Below are positions 1 to 12,521 of a stretch of DNA of 64,000 bases, piece after piece. Source of the stretch: Octopus vulgaris. Taxonomy: Eukaryota. Under the pieces are notes generated by a model. That model was not told the origin of the DNA, searched no databases, and saw only the letters and a program-made list of their open reading frames with translations. The first letter of the stretch is position 1. Each line of letters opens with the position of its first letter. The stretch spans positions 37,262,001-37,326,000 of the forward strand of contig OX597822.1 of NCBI GenBank assembly GCA_951406725.2. The letters are read 5' to 3'. The position numbers and the translations under genes were made by a program.

Positions 1-1893
1 ACTAATGAGTAGATGAATGACCAATCCATCTAATTTTAACTCTTGGTCTACAATGTCCACTGTGACCTTATTTTAAGATGTAATTTGAGGGAGACTTGAT
101 GCTATTTCAGACAAACCAAGCAATCATGTAGAAACTCTTTCATTGGCTTGCTAAAGGGAGAATGTCTTGAGCATGGCATTGTAACCTCCAGACCAACTGG
201 TTGCTGGCAACAAAAGTCTATACCTAGATATACACACTGGTTTTTGAAATACTACCGTATCTAGATATACAGTAGCATATCTAGAGATATACACCTTGGT
301 CACAGATACAATACAGTAGCATTTCTAAATACAGTAGTATATCTAGATATATACACCCAGGCCACAAATAGAATACTCTAGATATACAGTTGTGCATATC
401 TGGATATACACGCAGGTCATCTATGCACTGCCATATATAGGCTCTGTAGTTAAGAAGTTTGCTTATAAACCGTCATAAAAGCAGGGTTTTTTTTGTTTCC
501 AGTATTACCTGGCTTGGAATCAAGTAAGGGTTGGCTATAGGAAATGCATTCAGCTATAGAAAATTTCCCTCGATAAATTCCATCTGAACCATATAAGCAT
601 CAAAAAGTGGACAATAAAGAATTATGAAAGTTGATGATGATGGTCATGGACAAATGAAAAAATGAAAAGAGAGTCAAAGTGGACATGACCAAAAAAAGTT
701 GCTAATCTCCATACAACTGTATCAAGAGATATAATTGTGTGTGTCTCAATGTACAACTTGGTCGCTGATGCACTATATTACAAAATGTGAATAATAGTAT
801 CGTTATTCACTGGTTTCTAATAGGCCAGTCACAGATTAATTGTATTTTTGATAGTGAAAATGCAAAGGGAATGTATCCAACTTGATGTGTCTCAAGGGCA
901 TTCATACTTTAATGTTGATTTTTGCAGTTTTTGTTGTCATTGATACCTTTCACCAAGATACACACATGCATGTGCAATTTCAGGCACACACACACATGAT
1001 TGCATGATTGCACACACACACATTTACCTGTATCCATTCACAAGACTTTAATAGTAGAAGACTTTGTAGTAGAAGACACTTGCCCAGTGTGTCACGTATT
1101 GGACTGAATCCAAAGCTGTATGACTGTCATGAACTTCTTAACCATAAGAATAGGGAAAATAAAAGAGGCCAAGAACTAATTATGCTTTTCCTTTTAAATG
1201 TTTGTGAAGATATATACTTAAGATACACAAAGGGAATTGAAAACATAAACTTTAAAAATAGAAAAGGAAGAGAAATGATTAAAAAGAAAAAAATATCCCC
1301 AAAAATTGAAAGGAAAAAGTAACAAAAAGACTACAGAACCGAAGAGAGGGATCTTGTGAGACGAACCTTGCTGACCGGTTGTTTGACCAAAAAGCAGTAA
1401 TTTCAGTGATGCTTTTTCTCTAGGTTGTTTGAATGTTCAGACAAAGTAGATGTCTAGAGAGGCAATTGTTCACATCAAATGTGAATCGAAATGCAATTTG
1501 ACATGGAGAATCTCGCTCAATTTATAGTCTTCTGACAAATGACATCAATAGCCATTTGACCTTACCAGCTGCACTAATGCCACTACCACCAACACCTCCG
1601 CAGAGTGGGATGTGGTAGTGGTGGTGGTACACTAGTGGTAACTGTGGTTGAAGAAAGAGGCAGGGGAAGGTGGCACAGTGGTGTAATAGCGGTGGTGTGG
1701 TGAAGTGATGTAGCAGTGATGTGGTGATGTAGTGTAGTAGAGAAGTGATGGTTTTGATGGTAGATGGCTGGTGGTGGTGGTGGTGGTGGGGTGATGTTGG
1801 TAGTAGTATTGGAAACAGGTGTCAGTGAAAGGGTTAGGGTGGTTGTTTTTAGCAAAGCAGAGAGCAGGATAGAAAAAGTGAAATAGATATGAT

Positions 1894-1926
<33 letters not shown>

Positions 1927-2036
1927 ATGCGTGCACATGGGGCGTGTCTATGTGTATACATACATGTATGTATGCATACACACACACATATATACACACA
2001 TGTATATGTATATATATTTGTATGTGTGTGTGTATA

Positions 2037-4140
2037 CAGGGGTTGGACAAAATAATGGAGACACCACTTTTTATTTAACATTTTTTTTTTCTATTGACAA
2101 TGATAAATTCAAAACTATTCTAGTGTGTACATATGTATTTCATATGTATTATATACATCTTGCACTTCATGATATAGCCTTCTGTTTTACATTTTTGCAG
2201 ATATCATCATCTTTGGATGGGCTGGGGCTTCAATGTGAAGCTGCACCTGTTTCCTGCACCAGCTTCACATAACCTGCCCCAGCTGGATCGCAGGATGGCC
2301 TGCTGTACTTACCTTGGATCATAGGGTGACCTGCTGTGCTTGAGGAGACCTATTGAGTCAAGTACATCAACATCAACATAAAAAAAATCAAATGGAAATT
2401 GTAGTTGTGAAACTTGTGCCGGTGGAACGAAAAAAAAACCAATCGATCGTGGCCACTGCCAGCCTCCCCTGGCACCTGTGCCAGTGGCATGTAAAAAGCA
2501 CCCACTACACTCATGGAGTGGTTGACACTAGGAAGGGCATCCAGCTGTAGAAACACTACCAGATCAGACTGGAGCCTGGTGCAGCCTCCTGGCTTCCCAG
2601 ACCGCAGACGAACTGTCCAACCCAGCATGGAAAATGGACGTTAAACGATGATGATGATGATCATCATCATCATCATCATGATTTAACATTCGTTTTCCAT
2701 GCTGGAAATAAGTTAAAATGCATCATGTTATAAGGCAAAATGATGGAGTGCAAATGGCTGGATTGTTGAATGTTTCCATTGGTACAGTGTCTAAAATTAT
2801 TTTGGTATTTCAAAACCAAGGTAAAGCCAGCTCTGGCAAGCATTATTTTTGATGGAAGGTAAAGCACACAAAGAAGGTCCACAGAATAGTGAAATGTATT
2901 GTTGAAAAGCCATCGAACTATGTCAACAAAAGGGACAGCAGAGCTAAACTATCGCTCACCTTTCGTGCTTGAGAAGACCCGTGAAGCTAAATGAAACCAG
3001 AGTTATTGCCATTGTTGGTGTCACATAACTGGCACCCATGCTAGTGGCACATAAACAATACATTTTGAGTATTGGGCCTCATGGAGGCAATGTGGTTGAT
3101 GCTGGTGTCGTATAACTAGCACCTGTGCCAGTGGCATGTAAAAAGCACCTTTTAAGCGTTAGGCTTCATGGAGACAATGACAAATGACCGAAACCTTTGG
3201 CAAATATGCTGTGTTTGAGAAGAAAATCCAACAAGCTGAGTGAAATTACAATGAAATAAAACTGCTTGTTATGATCTCCACAAAGCTGGAGAGTTACATT
3301 TGTTAAACCTCACCTGCTCTCCTTTGATATTGATGAGTGGAAAAAATAATGTCTAATCCAGGCCTGGCCAAATCGAACTACATTGCAGGCCACTTTAATC
3401 ACAGAAAGTTTTTTGAGGGCCACTTATATACTTTATGCACTAATAGTCAAATAATTGAAAACAGAATCAAGAATTTTTCCATACTCTTCATTTGTTTAAA
3501 ATTATAAAATTGTAGGCTATTGCTTTATTGCCACTTATAAATTTTAAACTTATTTTGAAACAATTTTATTTTGAAATTAAACACAATACTTCAAGAAAGT
3601 ATCAAGTGGGCTGCAAGGTGAAAGTCTATGGGCTGCATGTAGGTTGCCTCAGGTTGGCCAGCTTTGGTCTAGACTATCAGAAGTGGTCAATGGCACAGTG
3701 TCGTCTTCTCTGATGAATTATCATTCACTCTCTACCCTACTTTGGAGTGAGTCTACGTCTGGAGACACCCTAAAGATGCCTGTGTTTCAACTATAACTGC
3801 TTATCTCCTACTGTGAAGCATGGAGGTGGATCTCAGATAATTTGGACTGTCATATAATGGAATTCCTTTGGCCCTTTAGTTGTTCTACATGACAGAGTTA
3901 ACTCCAAGGACTATTTGAGCATTTTGGTTGATTGTCTCCTTCTTGTGGTACAAACATTGTTCCTTGATATCAGTGTAGTCTTCCAGAACAACAATGTGCC
4001 AATTCACACCGCTGATGCTATTCAAGACTGTTATGAAGAGCACAATAGTGAAGTAGACCACTTGGACTGACCCCAACAACCACCAGATTTAAATATATGC
4101 AAACATGTACGGGCATTTTGGAGCAGCAAGTTTACTTTAA
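2037..4140 (+). mobile_element. Decayed Tc1-type DNA transposon interrupted by later insertions
   Basis: TA|CAGGGGTTGGACAAAATAATGG terminus; 3690-4130 translates to VFSDE..TVKHGGGS..FQNNNVPIH..PDLN with stops. Confidence 0.75.
3359..3666. mobile_element. hAT-like MITE
   Basis: TIR CAGGCCTGGCCAA / TTGGCCAGCTTTG, imperfect 8-bp TSD GTCTAATC/GTCTAGAC. Confidence 0.6.
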
Positions 4141-5211
4141 GGCTTCTCAGTTTTCAATGTTGCTTCTATATTTAAATTTTATTCACTAATTCTTTGATAG
4201 ATTCAGTCATATGGACAAGGTCATCATTAAATGGAAGTTCCTACAAACATCCAGCCTTAAACTCCTCTAATAGCCTGCACACTAAATTCCTCACTGAACT
4301 TGTTATTAACTCTTATTTTGCAGACAGAATCTCTGTACATGTTTGCTGTGCTTTCACAAGCCATTCATCAATTCCTAATTTTGCTAATGACCACCAGACC
4401 ATAGTGTCTTTTTCATATTGATGAATGCTAGTTATGGTAATTTGCTCTTAACATAGGACTTCTCCTGTAGTTGCTTTATATGGAAGAGGGCAAATGTGGC
4501 ACTGTTCGGTGAAACAAAACCTAACTATATCTCATCTAAGTTAATTCCCTTTTGATGTCTCTGTAGTTGCTTCCGTCTAGAACATCTTTGATCTTGCAGT
4601 AGTTGTTGATGATGAAAATTATGATGATGATGATGACGACAATGATGATGATGATGATGATGATGATGCTACAGTTGTTATTGGCTGCAACACTCTCCTT
4701 TCCTACCTGACAAACTATATAAACGACTTGTACTTGTCCAACTTCATTGGGTATTTTCAGTGTCTTGATGATTATGACTTCTTCCAGATGACTTATCTAC
4801 CTTCATATCCTTAACTGAACTTTCTACTGTGTAGCTGACAACCTCAATAGCTGAAACCTAAGTTGAGTCTGCCTCAGACATTCTTGTCTCTCTTTCTCTC
4901 AAACATTCTTCACATTCAATCTTGTGAAGAACATTGTTTGAGAGAAAGAGAGACAGAAGTGTTTTAAGTAGACTTAACTACTAATTAAGAAATTATTTTC
5001 ATATTTCTTTTGTTTTTCGTGATTATATTATGTTATGAGATAAAATAAAGACTGCACAAACAGAAAATATAATCCACAAAACAGAAGGGAATGAAAAAAA
5101 CATTTTATTTACTATGGAAACCAAAATGTTTTCTTCAAGTAAAAAAAAAGATTTGAAGAAAACAGATGTGCTTACATCTGTCAAAAATACTCAAGAATTT
5201 GAACTTATCTA

Positions 5212-6066
5212 CAGGGTGGGTGGAAAGTGACTAGGCATTAGAAATTGCTTATAGAATTTTTAGTATCTCTGAAATCATGAAAAGATTTTTTAAACTGACT
5301 ACTCAAATGGGGATTTCTTATTTTCTTATTGTATTATTTCTTGTGTTGTTTTCCAGTTGGCCAGTTGCTTGATTGTTCATGAGTGAGCTAAGATAGCAGC
5401 ACGCTATGAAGTGTGGAATTCCATCGTTTTGGTTCAGAGATAGTGGTGTGTATGGAAAGGTAAACATGCAACACTATGTCTGGAGACAATAAAAAGTTGT
5501 CATGCAAGAAGAAGTGGTCATCCAAACACATCCTGATCAGTGGAAAACATGCCAACAGTGCAGGAAATGTTTAATCACAGCCTGCAAAAATCAACACGTC
5601 AAGCGGTTTGTGAAAGTGGACAAACAAGACACACAATACATATGGTGTTGCCTAAAGAATTGAATTTTCGTCTGTGGAAACCCCATTATGTGCAGGAGTT
5701 AAAACCTGAAGACACTGACCACAGAAGTCCAGAAGTCCAAATCTCACTTCATGTGATTTTTACCTGTGGGGTTACACAAAAGAGGAGTTATACAGGACAA
5801 AACCTTGCACACAGGAGGACTTGGAAACACGGATTCAAGAGGTTCTCAATGATATCCAAGACGACATCCTTCAGAAGGTTGTTTATTCCATTCCTGGCCA
5901 TTTGAGGAAACTGGTTGACGCCACTGGTGCTTACGTTGAAATATGAAGATTTACTTTTATTTTACCATGTAATAAAGAACATGTATCATTTGTTTCAATA
6001 AATTTGTAAAAGGAATATGGATTTTATTACCAATTTTTAATGCCTACTTACTTTTCACCCGCCCTG
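5212..6066 (+). mobile_element. Internally deleted mariner-like transposon
   Basis: About 36-bp TIRs (CAGGGTGGGTGGAAAG..GCATTAGAAATTG / CAATTTTTAATGCC..CCCGCCCTG), TA TSD, transposase remnants KSTRQ..ELKPED and PNLTSCDFYLWG. Confidence 0.85.
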
Positions 6067-6301
6067 TATATGATCAGCTGGAGCGTCATGGCTGTATGTT
6101 TGCAAGATCCACACAATCCATTAGTGCATAATGGGTAAAAAAACACTATCTATGTGATGAAGTAAAGGTATGCATAAGTGGGCTGGTTACACCCTGGCAT
6201 AGGGCACGAGGTTATGGTCTCACTTAGCTTGCCGAGTCTTTTCAAGCACAGTATATTTCCAAAGGTTCCGGTCACTAGTCATTGCTTCGGTGAGGCTAGC
6301 T

Positions 6302-6950
6302 AAAGGTAATGAGTCGGCAGAATCGTTAACATGCCAGGTGAAATGCTTAGCAGTATTTCGACTGCCATTATAGTCTGAGTTCAAATTCTGCTGAGGTCGA
6401 CTTTGCCTTTCATCCTTTCAGGGTTGATTAAATAAGTACAGTTACACACTAGGGTCAATGTAATCTACTTAATCCCTTTGTCTGTCCTTGTTTGTCCCCT
6501 CTATGTTTAGCCCCCTGTGGGCAATAAAGAAATAAATATTTAAGGCAGTGAACTGGTAGAAATGTTAGCATACTGGGCGAAATGCTTAGCAGTATTCTGT
6601 CTGTTTTTATGTTCTGAGTTCAAATTCCACCAAGGTCAACTTTGCCTTTCATCCTTTTGGGGTCAATAAATTGAATAGCAGTTGTGTAATGGGGTCAGTC
6701 TAACTAAGTGGCCTCCTCCCCCAAAATTTCGGGCCTTGTGCCTAGAGTAGAAAAGAGAAGAAAAGTAGAAAAGAATCGTTAACAAGCCAGACAAAATGCT
6801 TACCTGCATTTCTTCCAGCTTACGTTCTAAGTTTAAACTCTGCCAAGGTTAACTTTGCTTTTGATCATTTTAGGGCTGAGCACTGGGGCCAATTTAATTG
6901 GTTAGACCCCATCTACTAAATATTTCAGACCTTGTACATATAACAGAAAA
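6302..6950 (+). mobile_element. Three tandem copies of SINE family B (GGCAGAATCGTTAGC..GAGTTCAAAT..GACTTTGCCTTTCATCC)
   Basis: Repeated tRNA-like head with B-box-like GAGTTCAAAT; many further copies in the window (e.g. 9748-9968 -, 23353-23570 +, 53419-53616 +). Confidence 0.8.
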
Positions 6951-7414
6951 GAGTACAACAGAATAGATAAGGCCCACTCCAATTTCTTTTGTTAAAAATT
7001 TAAATAAAATTCCAGTAAAGTTTCAGTAAAAATTATTTAACAATACTATTAATTGATAGTTTAAAATAAGAAGCTCCTTTGAGAGTAAAAATTCCTTCTT
7101 TTATTAAAAGACAAAACAGTTGAGTCCTATGGCTATTCAATTATTCCTACTCCCTAAACATTCAAGCTTTGTTTATCCAGTCATAGAAAACATGCCAAAA
7201 CAGATGGAGTCCGGGAAGCTCTCCAGCTGACCAGCTCCTGTCAAACTATCCAACACATGCCAGCATGGAAAATGGATGTTAAATGATGATGATACTCACA
7301 CAAACACATGGATATACATGTGCCATATGAACGAAAGTATATATACACACACACATATATATCTATGCATATACACACACATATCTATATATAAATCAAA
7401 TCAAATTTGCAAAT

Positions 7415-7885
7415 TCGATGACTGGCACCCGTGCCAGTGGGGCGCTAAGAGCACCATCCGAGCATGATCACTGCTAGAGCAGCTAACTGGCTTCCGTGCC
7501 GATGGCATGTAAAAAGCACCATTCAAATGTGATTGTTACCAGCATCACCTTACTGGCACTTGTGCCGGTGGCACATGAAAAACATTGGAGCAAGGTCGTT
7601 GCCAGTGCCACTGGACTGGCTCCTGTGCAGGTGGCATGTAAAAAACACTGCTTGAGCATGACCGTTGCCAGTACTGCCTGACTGGCCCTTGTGCCGGTGG
7701 CACATAAAAGCATCCACTACACTCTTGGAGTGGTTGGCGTTAGGAAGGGCATCAAGCTGTAGAAACTCTGCCAGATCAGATTGGAGCTTGGTGCAGCCAT
7801 CTGGTTCGCCAGTCCTCAGTTAAATTGTCCAACCCATGCTAGCATGGAAAGCGGACGTTAAAAAATGAGGATCATGATGATGATA
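7415..7885 (+). mobile_element. 5'-truncated RTE LINE 3' end with (GAT)n tail
   Basis: Matches the 3' UTR of the RTE at 49400-49830; other copies at about 2280-2660, 15345-15522, 17020-17360(-), 34998-35370(-), 44432-44620(-). Confidence 0.75.
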
Positions 7886-10410
7886 CGAACACATACATGC
7901 ATACATATACACACACACACACACATACATATGGGAAGAGAGAAAGAGCTAAGAAGAGGGAGATTTAGAATGTAGGTTTATTTCCACTAACGGTTAGATG
8001 AAAATGAAAAATGAGTTAAAATGAGTTGCAGCAGATAAACTGAAACAGATGGTTGACCTTTAAATACAATAAAATACGAATTCACTTTGGTGAGTTCATC
8101 ACTGTCTTCACCAAAGCAACCAATCAAATTTATTTGATCTTTGCTTACTTCTATGAATTGGATACCAATTCCAAAGAGAAAGAATGGTTTTAAACACCAC
8201 TAACAATGACCTATGCACTGGATCTCACAGGAAAAATAATGGCTCTTGCAGTTCAAATTAATTTGGTGTTGCCAAATTATTTCATAAATCATAGCAACCT
8301 GTTACCATCTTGTCATGTGACATTGCAAATTTTTCTACAGTTAATGTAAAAATTTAGTGTTGTTATATGAAACAAATAAAGCTACCACATACTTTGAATT
8401 GTGATATGACACTGCAAAATTCTGCACAACAACCAATAATGTTGTGTTACAAAGTCACTTTTACTAGTGTATGGCTAGTGACTTTCCAATGGTGTCTGCA
8501 TTAGATATTCTCATGAGGTGCTACCAAATCTCTATTACTAACATATCTTGTATCTTTCAAAGATGTCCACATTAAATATTCTCATGTGGTGTTACCAAAT
8601 TTCCATTATTAACGTATGCCTTATGATACTTAAAAGGTTTCTACATTAACTACTTTCATGTGATGTTAAAAAAGCCTCCTTTCCCAATGTGTCTGGTGAC
8701 ATTTCACAGGTGTCTGGAGGTGCATGGATTAGTTGTTAGGGTGTAGGACTCGTGGTCGTAAGATTGTGATTTCAATTCCTGGACTGGGCGATGTGTTGTG
8801 TTCTTGGGCAAAACACTTCTTTTCACATTGCTCCAGTTCACTCAGCTTGTAAAAAGGAGTAATCCTATGACGTAATGGTATCTCGTCCAGGAATATATAT
8901 ATGCTAGAGAAACCAGCCCTTTGCTCCTTGTAAAGTAATGTGGACTAACCTACATCAGATACTGTCACATGATGTTACAAAGTCTCCATTACTAACTTGA
9001 TTGTTGTAACACTTCACAGGTCTCAACAATTGATGCTGTCAAGGGATTTTACAAGGTCTTCAAACTTCAAATATTGTCAGGTGACTTGTGAGTGTTACTG
9101 GTAACATGCAATCCAGTTCAACCTATTATAGGGTCAGATCATCAACAACTAAACCAGCACCTTCATCAGCTTAGCCTAATGAGGAGGGCCTGCTAAATAC
9201 CCATCAGGATGATAGCAAAATGCTCAAAAGGCTGACCAAACCCTGTACAAACTCAATGGCTATCTTACACAGAAATTGCTCAAGTTGGTGACTGAGCATG
9301 CAACAAAACCACTGGTAGTGATATACTCTAGTCCAAGCCACAATAACCACCAAGGAGATGGCGAATTTCAGATTCAACATTGTTGTTTTATGACACTGGC
9401 AAACCTCCAACTAATAGTCTCTCTGTCTTATGAGTGCTAGGAACAAGAGAAGGATAAAGGAAACAATCTGAAAGGAATATCGGAATAAAGCCCCACGCAT
9501 GGTTTCTTGTGGAACTCTGTAAAGTCTCTGTCAGCTGTTGAATCCAGTCTCATCTCCAGCCATCCTGACCATGTCTTGCCACTGGACCCAGAGGATTCAA
9601 GACAACAGAGTCAATAATGCTGTGAAAATTCACCCAATTTAAAACTGGGTCACACGCGTCATGACTTTAGGCCCAACAGGCATGAAGCTCCTAGAGCTAT
9701 ATATAAATGGTTGATTTTATTTGTGATGGTCAAGATATCATACCCATTTCTTTACTACCCACAAGGGACTAAACACAGAAGGGACAAACAAACGGATTAA
9801 GTCAATTATATCGATCCTAGTGTGTAACTAGTACTTTATTTATCGACCCCGAAAGGATGGAAGGCAAAGTCGACCTCGGCGGAATTTGAACTCAGAACGT
9901 AACGGCAGACGAAATACCACTAAGCATTTTGCCCGGTGCGTTAACATTTCTGCCAGCTTGCCGCCTTTGGTCAAAATGTCATACCTGTCTGCAAAAATTA
10001 TGGAAATGCTACACTAGCATTTCCATAATTTCTTCACTTGCAACAGTGCAGTTTTTATAGTTGGGAGCAATCGCAATTCTCTGCCCTACTCAAGCAGTTA
10101 CATCCGTTATTGCAGTGATATGTAATGGAAATCATGATCATCAAGGTTGGCAAAAATGATTTGTACCTGTATTTCAAAGGGTCAGCCTTGTCACATTCTG
10201 TGTCATGTTGAATCTCCCAGAAAACTACATTAAGCATACATGTGTCTGTAGAATGCTCAGCCACTTGCATGTTAATTTCACAAGCAGGCTGTTCCGTTGA
10301 TTGGATCAACTGCAACATGTGTCATAACTTATGGAGTACCAATTTTATTTTGCCACTCAGTATTCACTCTGATGACATTTCTCATAATACATTTCTTATT
10401 TTCTACCATA

Positions 10411-10770
10411 GGCATAGGAGTGGCTGTGTGGTAGCTTGTTTACCAACCACATGGTTCCGAGTTCAGTCCCACTGCGTGGCATCTTGGGCAAGTGTCTTCT
10501 ATCGTAGCCTCAGGCCAACCAAAGCCTGTGAGTGGATTTGGTAGACCGAAACTGAAAGAAGCCCGTCGTATGTGTGTGTGTGTTTGTCCTCCCAACATCG
10601 CTTGACAACCAATGCTGGAGTGTTACGTCCCCGTAACTTAGCAGTTCGGCAAAAGATACCGATAGAATAAGTATTATGCTTACAAAGAATAAGTCCTGGG
10701 GTCAATTTGCTCAACTAAAGGCGGTGCTCCAGCATGGCTGCAGTCAAATGACTGAAACAAGTAAAATAGA
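10411..10770 (+). mobile_element. tRNA-derived SINE family A, full length
   Basis: GGCATAGGAGTGGCTGTGTGG..GTTCAGTCCC head; same element at 26806, 58771 (+) and 38790-39180 (-). Confidence 0.8.
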
Positions 10771-11702
10771 GCCTCTCTACTTTTATTATATCACTCAACC
10801 ATAAATCCCGACTCCCTATATCACGCATATACCCCTCTACCTACAGTTACCCATAAACACTATGAGGAATGCATCTTGTATACTAATACATATGCTTTCT
10901 CCATTTAGTGTTGTTTGACCATAGGTCAGTACTGATCCACCAAACTCATAATCTGTTTTCCATGCTGGCATGGGTTGGATGGTTTGATAGGAGCTGGTCA
11001 GCTGCACCAGGCTCTAGTCATTTGTTTTGTCACGGCTTCTACAGCTGGATGCCTTTCCTAATGCCAACCACTTTACAGAGTATACTGGATGATTTATACG
11101 TGGTACCAGCATGGGTGCCTTTTATATGGAACTGGTATGATGTTTTCTATGTGACACTGGCACAGGTGCTCCCCATGTGACCGTGGCATGCTGTAATCTT
11201 TCGTTTCTGTTATTCAGATGTAAACTATCTAGGATTACATTATCCAATGTTTGTCTTTTAAAAAAAAACAGTACAGCACAGTCTGAGGATGATTTGTCTG
11301 TTATTTCAAGTAAATTCAGCAACCATATAGAGGTCCCCAAGCTGACTCCTATGTTCTGTGTTTTGATTGGTCATCACAGAGGAAACAGACATCACCATCG
11401 CTATCATTGACATTCACATCTTGTTTTTGATGCTGGCATGAGTTGGAGGAATTATCAGGATTCAAATCAGTTCTTACTACCCTTCGAGATGAGTCAGATG
11501 CTATTTCTAACATGAACCACAGAGTTCAGTAGTTCCAATTAAATCCAGTTGGTACCGTGTACAAACTGGATTTAACTGAAGCATAACATCTGAGAGCTGT
11601 TCAATCAGGCCTAGCCAACCACAACTAATAAAAAAATAAATACTAAAAATGACACAAAATAAAAACAGAAAATCCATTAAAGAAAACATTGCTGCTGCTG
11701 TT

Positions 11703-11742
11703 TTTATTATTATTATTAACATTAGAGAACAATATTTTTATT
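11703..11742 (-). terminator. Candidate NDUFS1 polyadenylation signals
   Basis: AATAAA on the minus strand at 11742-11737 and 11708-11703, about 640 nt past the stop, followed by a U/GU-rich tract. Confidence 0.4.
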
Positions 11743-12377
11743 AAATAAAGAAAATACATTTTAGTATTTACTGAGTAAAAAGAACTAGTTTTCTTTCTGA
11801 CCACTTGTGTGTCTGTGTGCATGTATATATATATATATATATATATAGGAAATATTTATATATTTTTTGTGGTAAGTATATCCAATAATATATATGCATA
11901 TACACACACATATATACATACATTCATATCCAGGGGTTCATAGAAATGACATATGGTATAAAGCTTTCTATCTAATATGTGCTAACTGAAACAGCATAAC
12001 AGTATTGAGTCTAAGTTGACAGGTTATCAACCAGACAGCTCCTGCTTTCTAAACAAAGGCTGACAAAAACATCAACAAAGCTGTGGTAATTCTAAGTGAC
12101 ACAGGAGGAACTGCAGCTGAGAGCCATGGTATACCAAGAGTAAGAGCAGTTATTTATAATGGCTTGCTGGTAGAGGGCCCCTAACTGGCAGACTTTGTCA
12201 ATACTGTTAGGCCTTGAGTTTAATCTTGACTGAGAATATTTTACAAATAAGGTTTTTAGGTCTTAACTGGTCAGAAGTAATTTAAACAACAGAGGGGCTT
12301 GTTTTACAAAAAAAAAGTCCTTTTGAATAAAGTAAACTAAATAGAGAATGTGGAAGAAACTAATGTGAAAGTCTTCA

Positions 12378-12521
12378 TCAATAACGGCTTGGGGTAGAGG
12401 CAGCTTTTACACATTTAGACATAGTTTGAGATGCTCGACTGATGGTATCTGTCATGTAGAACTCACTCAGCTTTGTAAGTTGAGGTTTCAGAGGATCAGG
12501 CAATAATTCAGACTGGGTTAA
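12378..12521 (-). CDS. NDUFS1: NDUFS1 last coding exon ([47 protein letters not shown])
   Basis: 144 nt, conserved FYMTD.ISRAS.TM.KC, TGA stop. Confidence 0.95.
   Translation of the reverse strand, partial: LTQSELLPDPLKPQLTKLSEFYMTDTISRASQTMSKCVKAASTPSRY

Noticed and set aside
1583-2272. Long His/Thr/Cys/Val-rich ORFs
   Set aside because: Translations of (GGT)n, (GT)n and (TA)n microsatellites
10411-10480. tRNA-like sequence with A/B boxes
   Set aside because: Head of a multi-copy SINE; no complete cloverleaf
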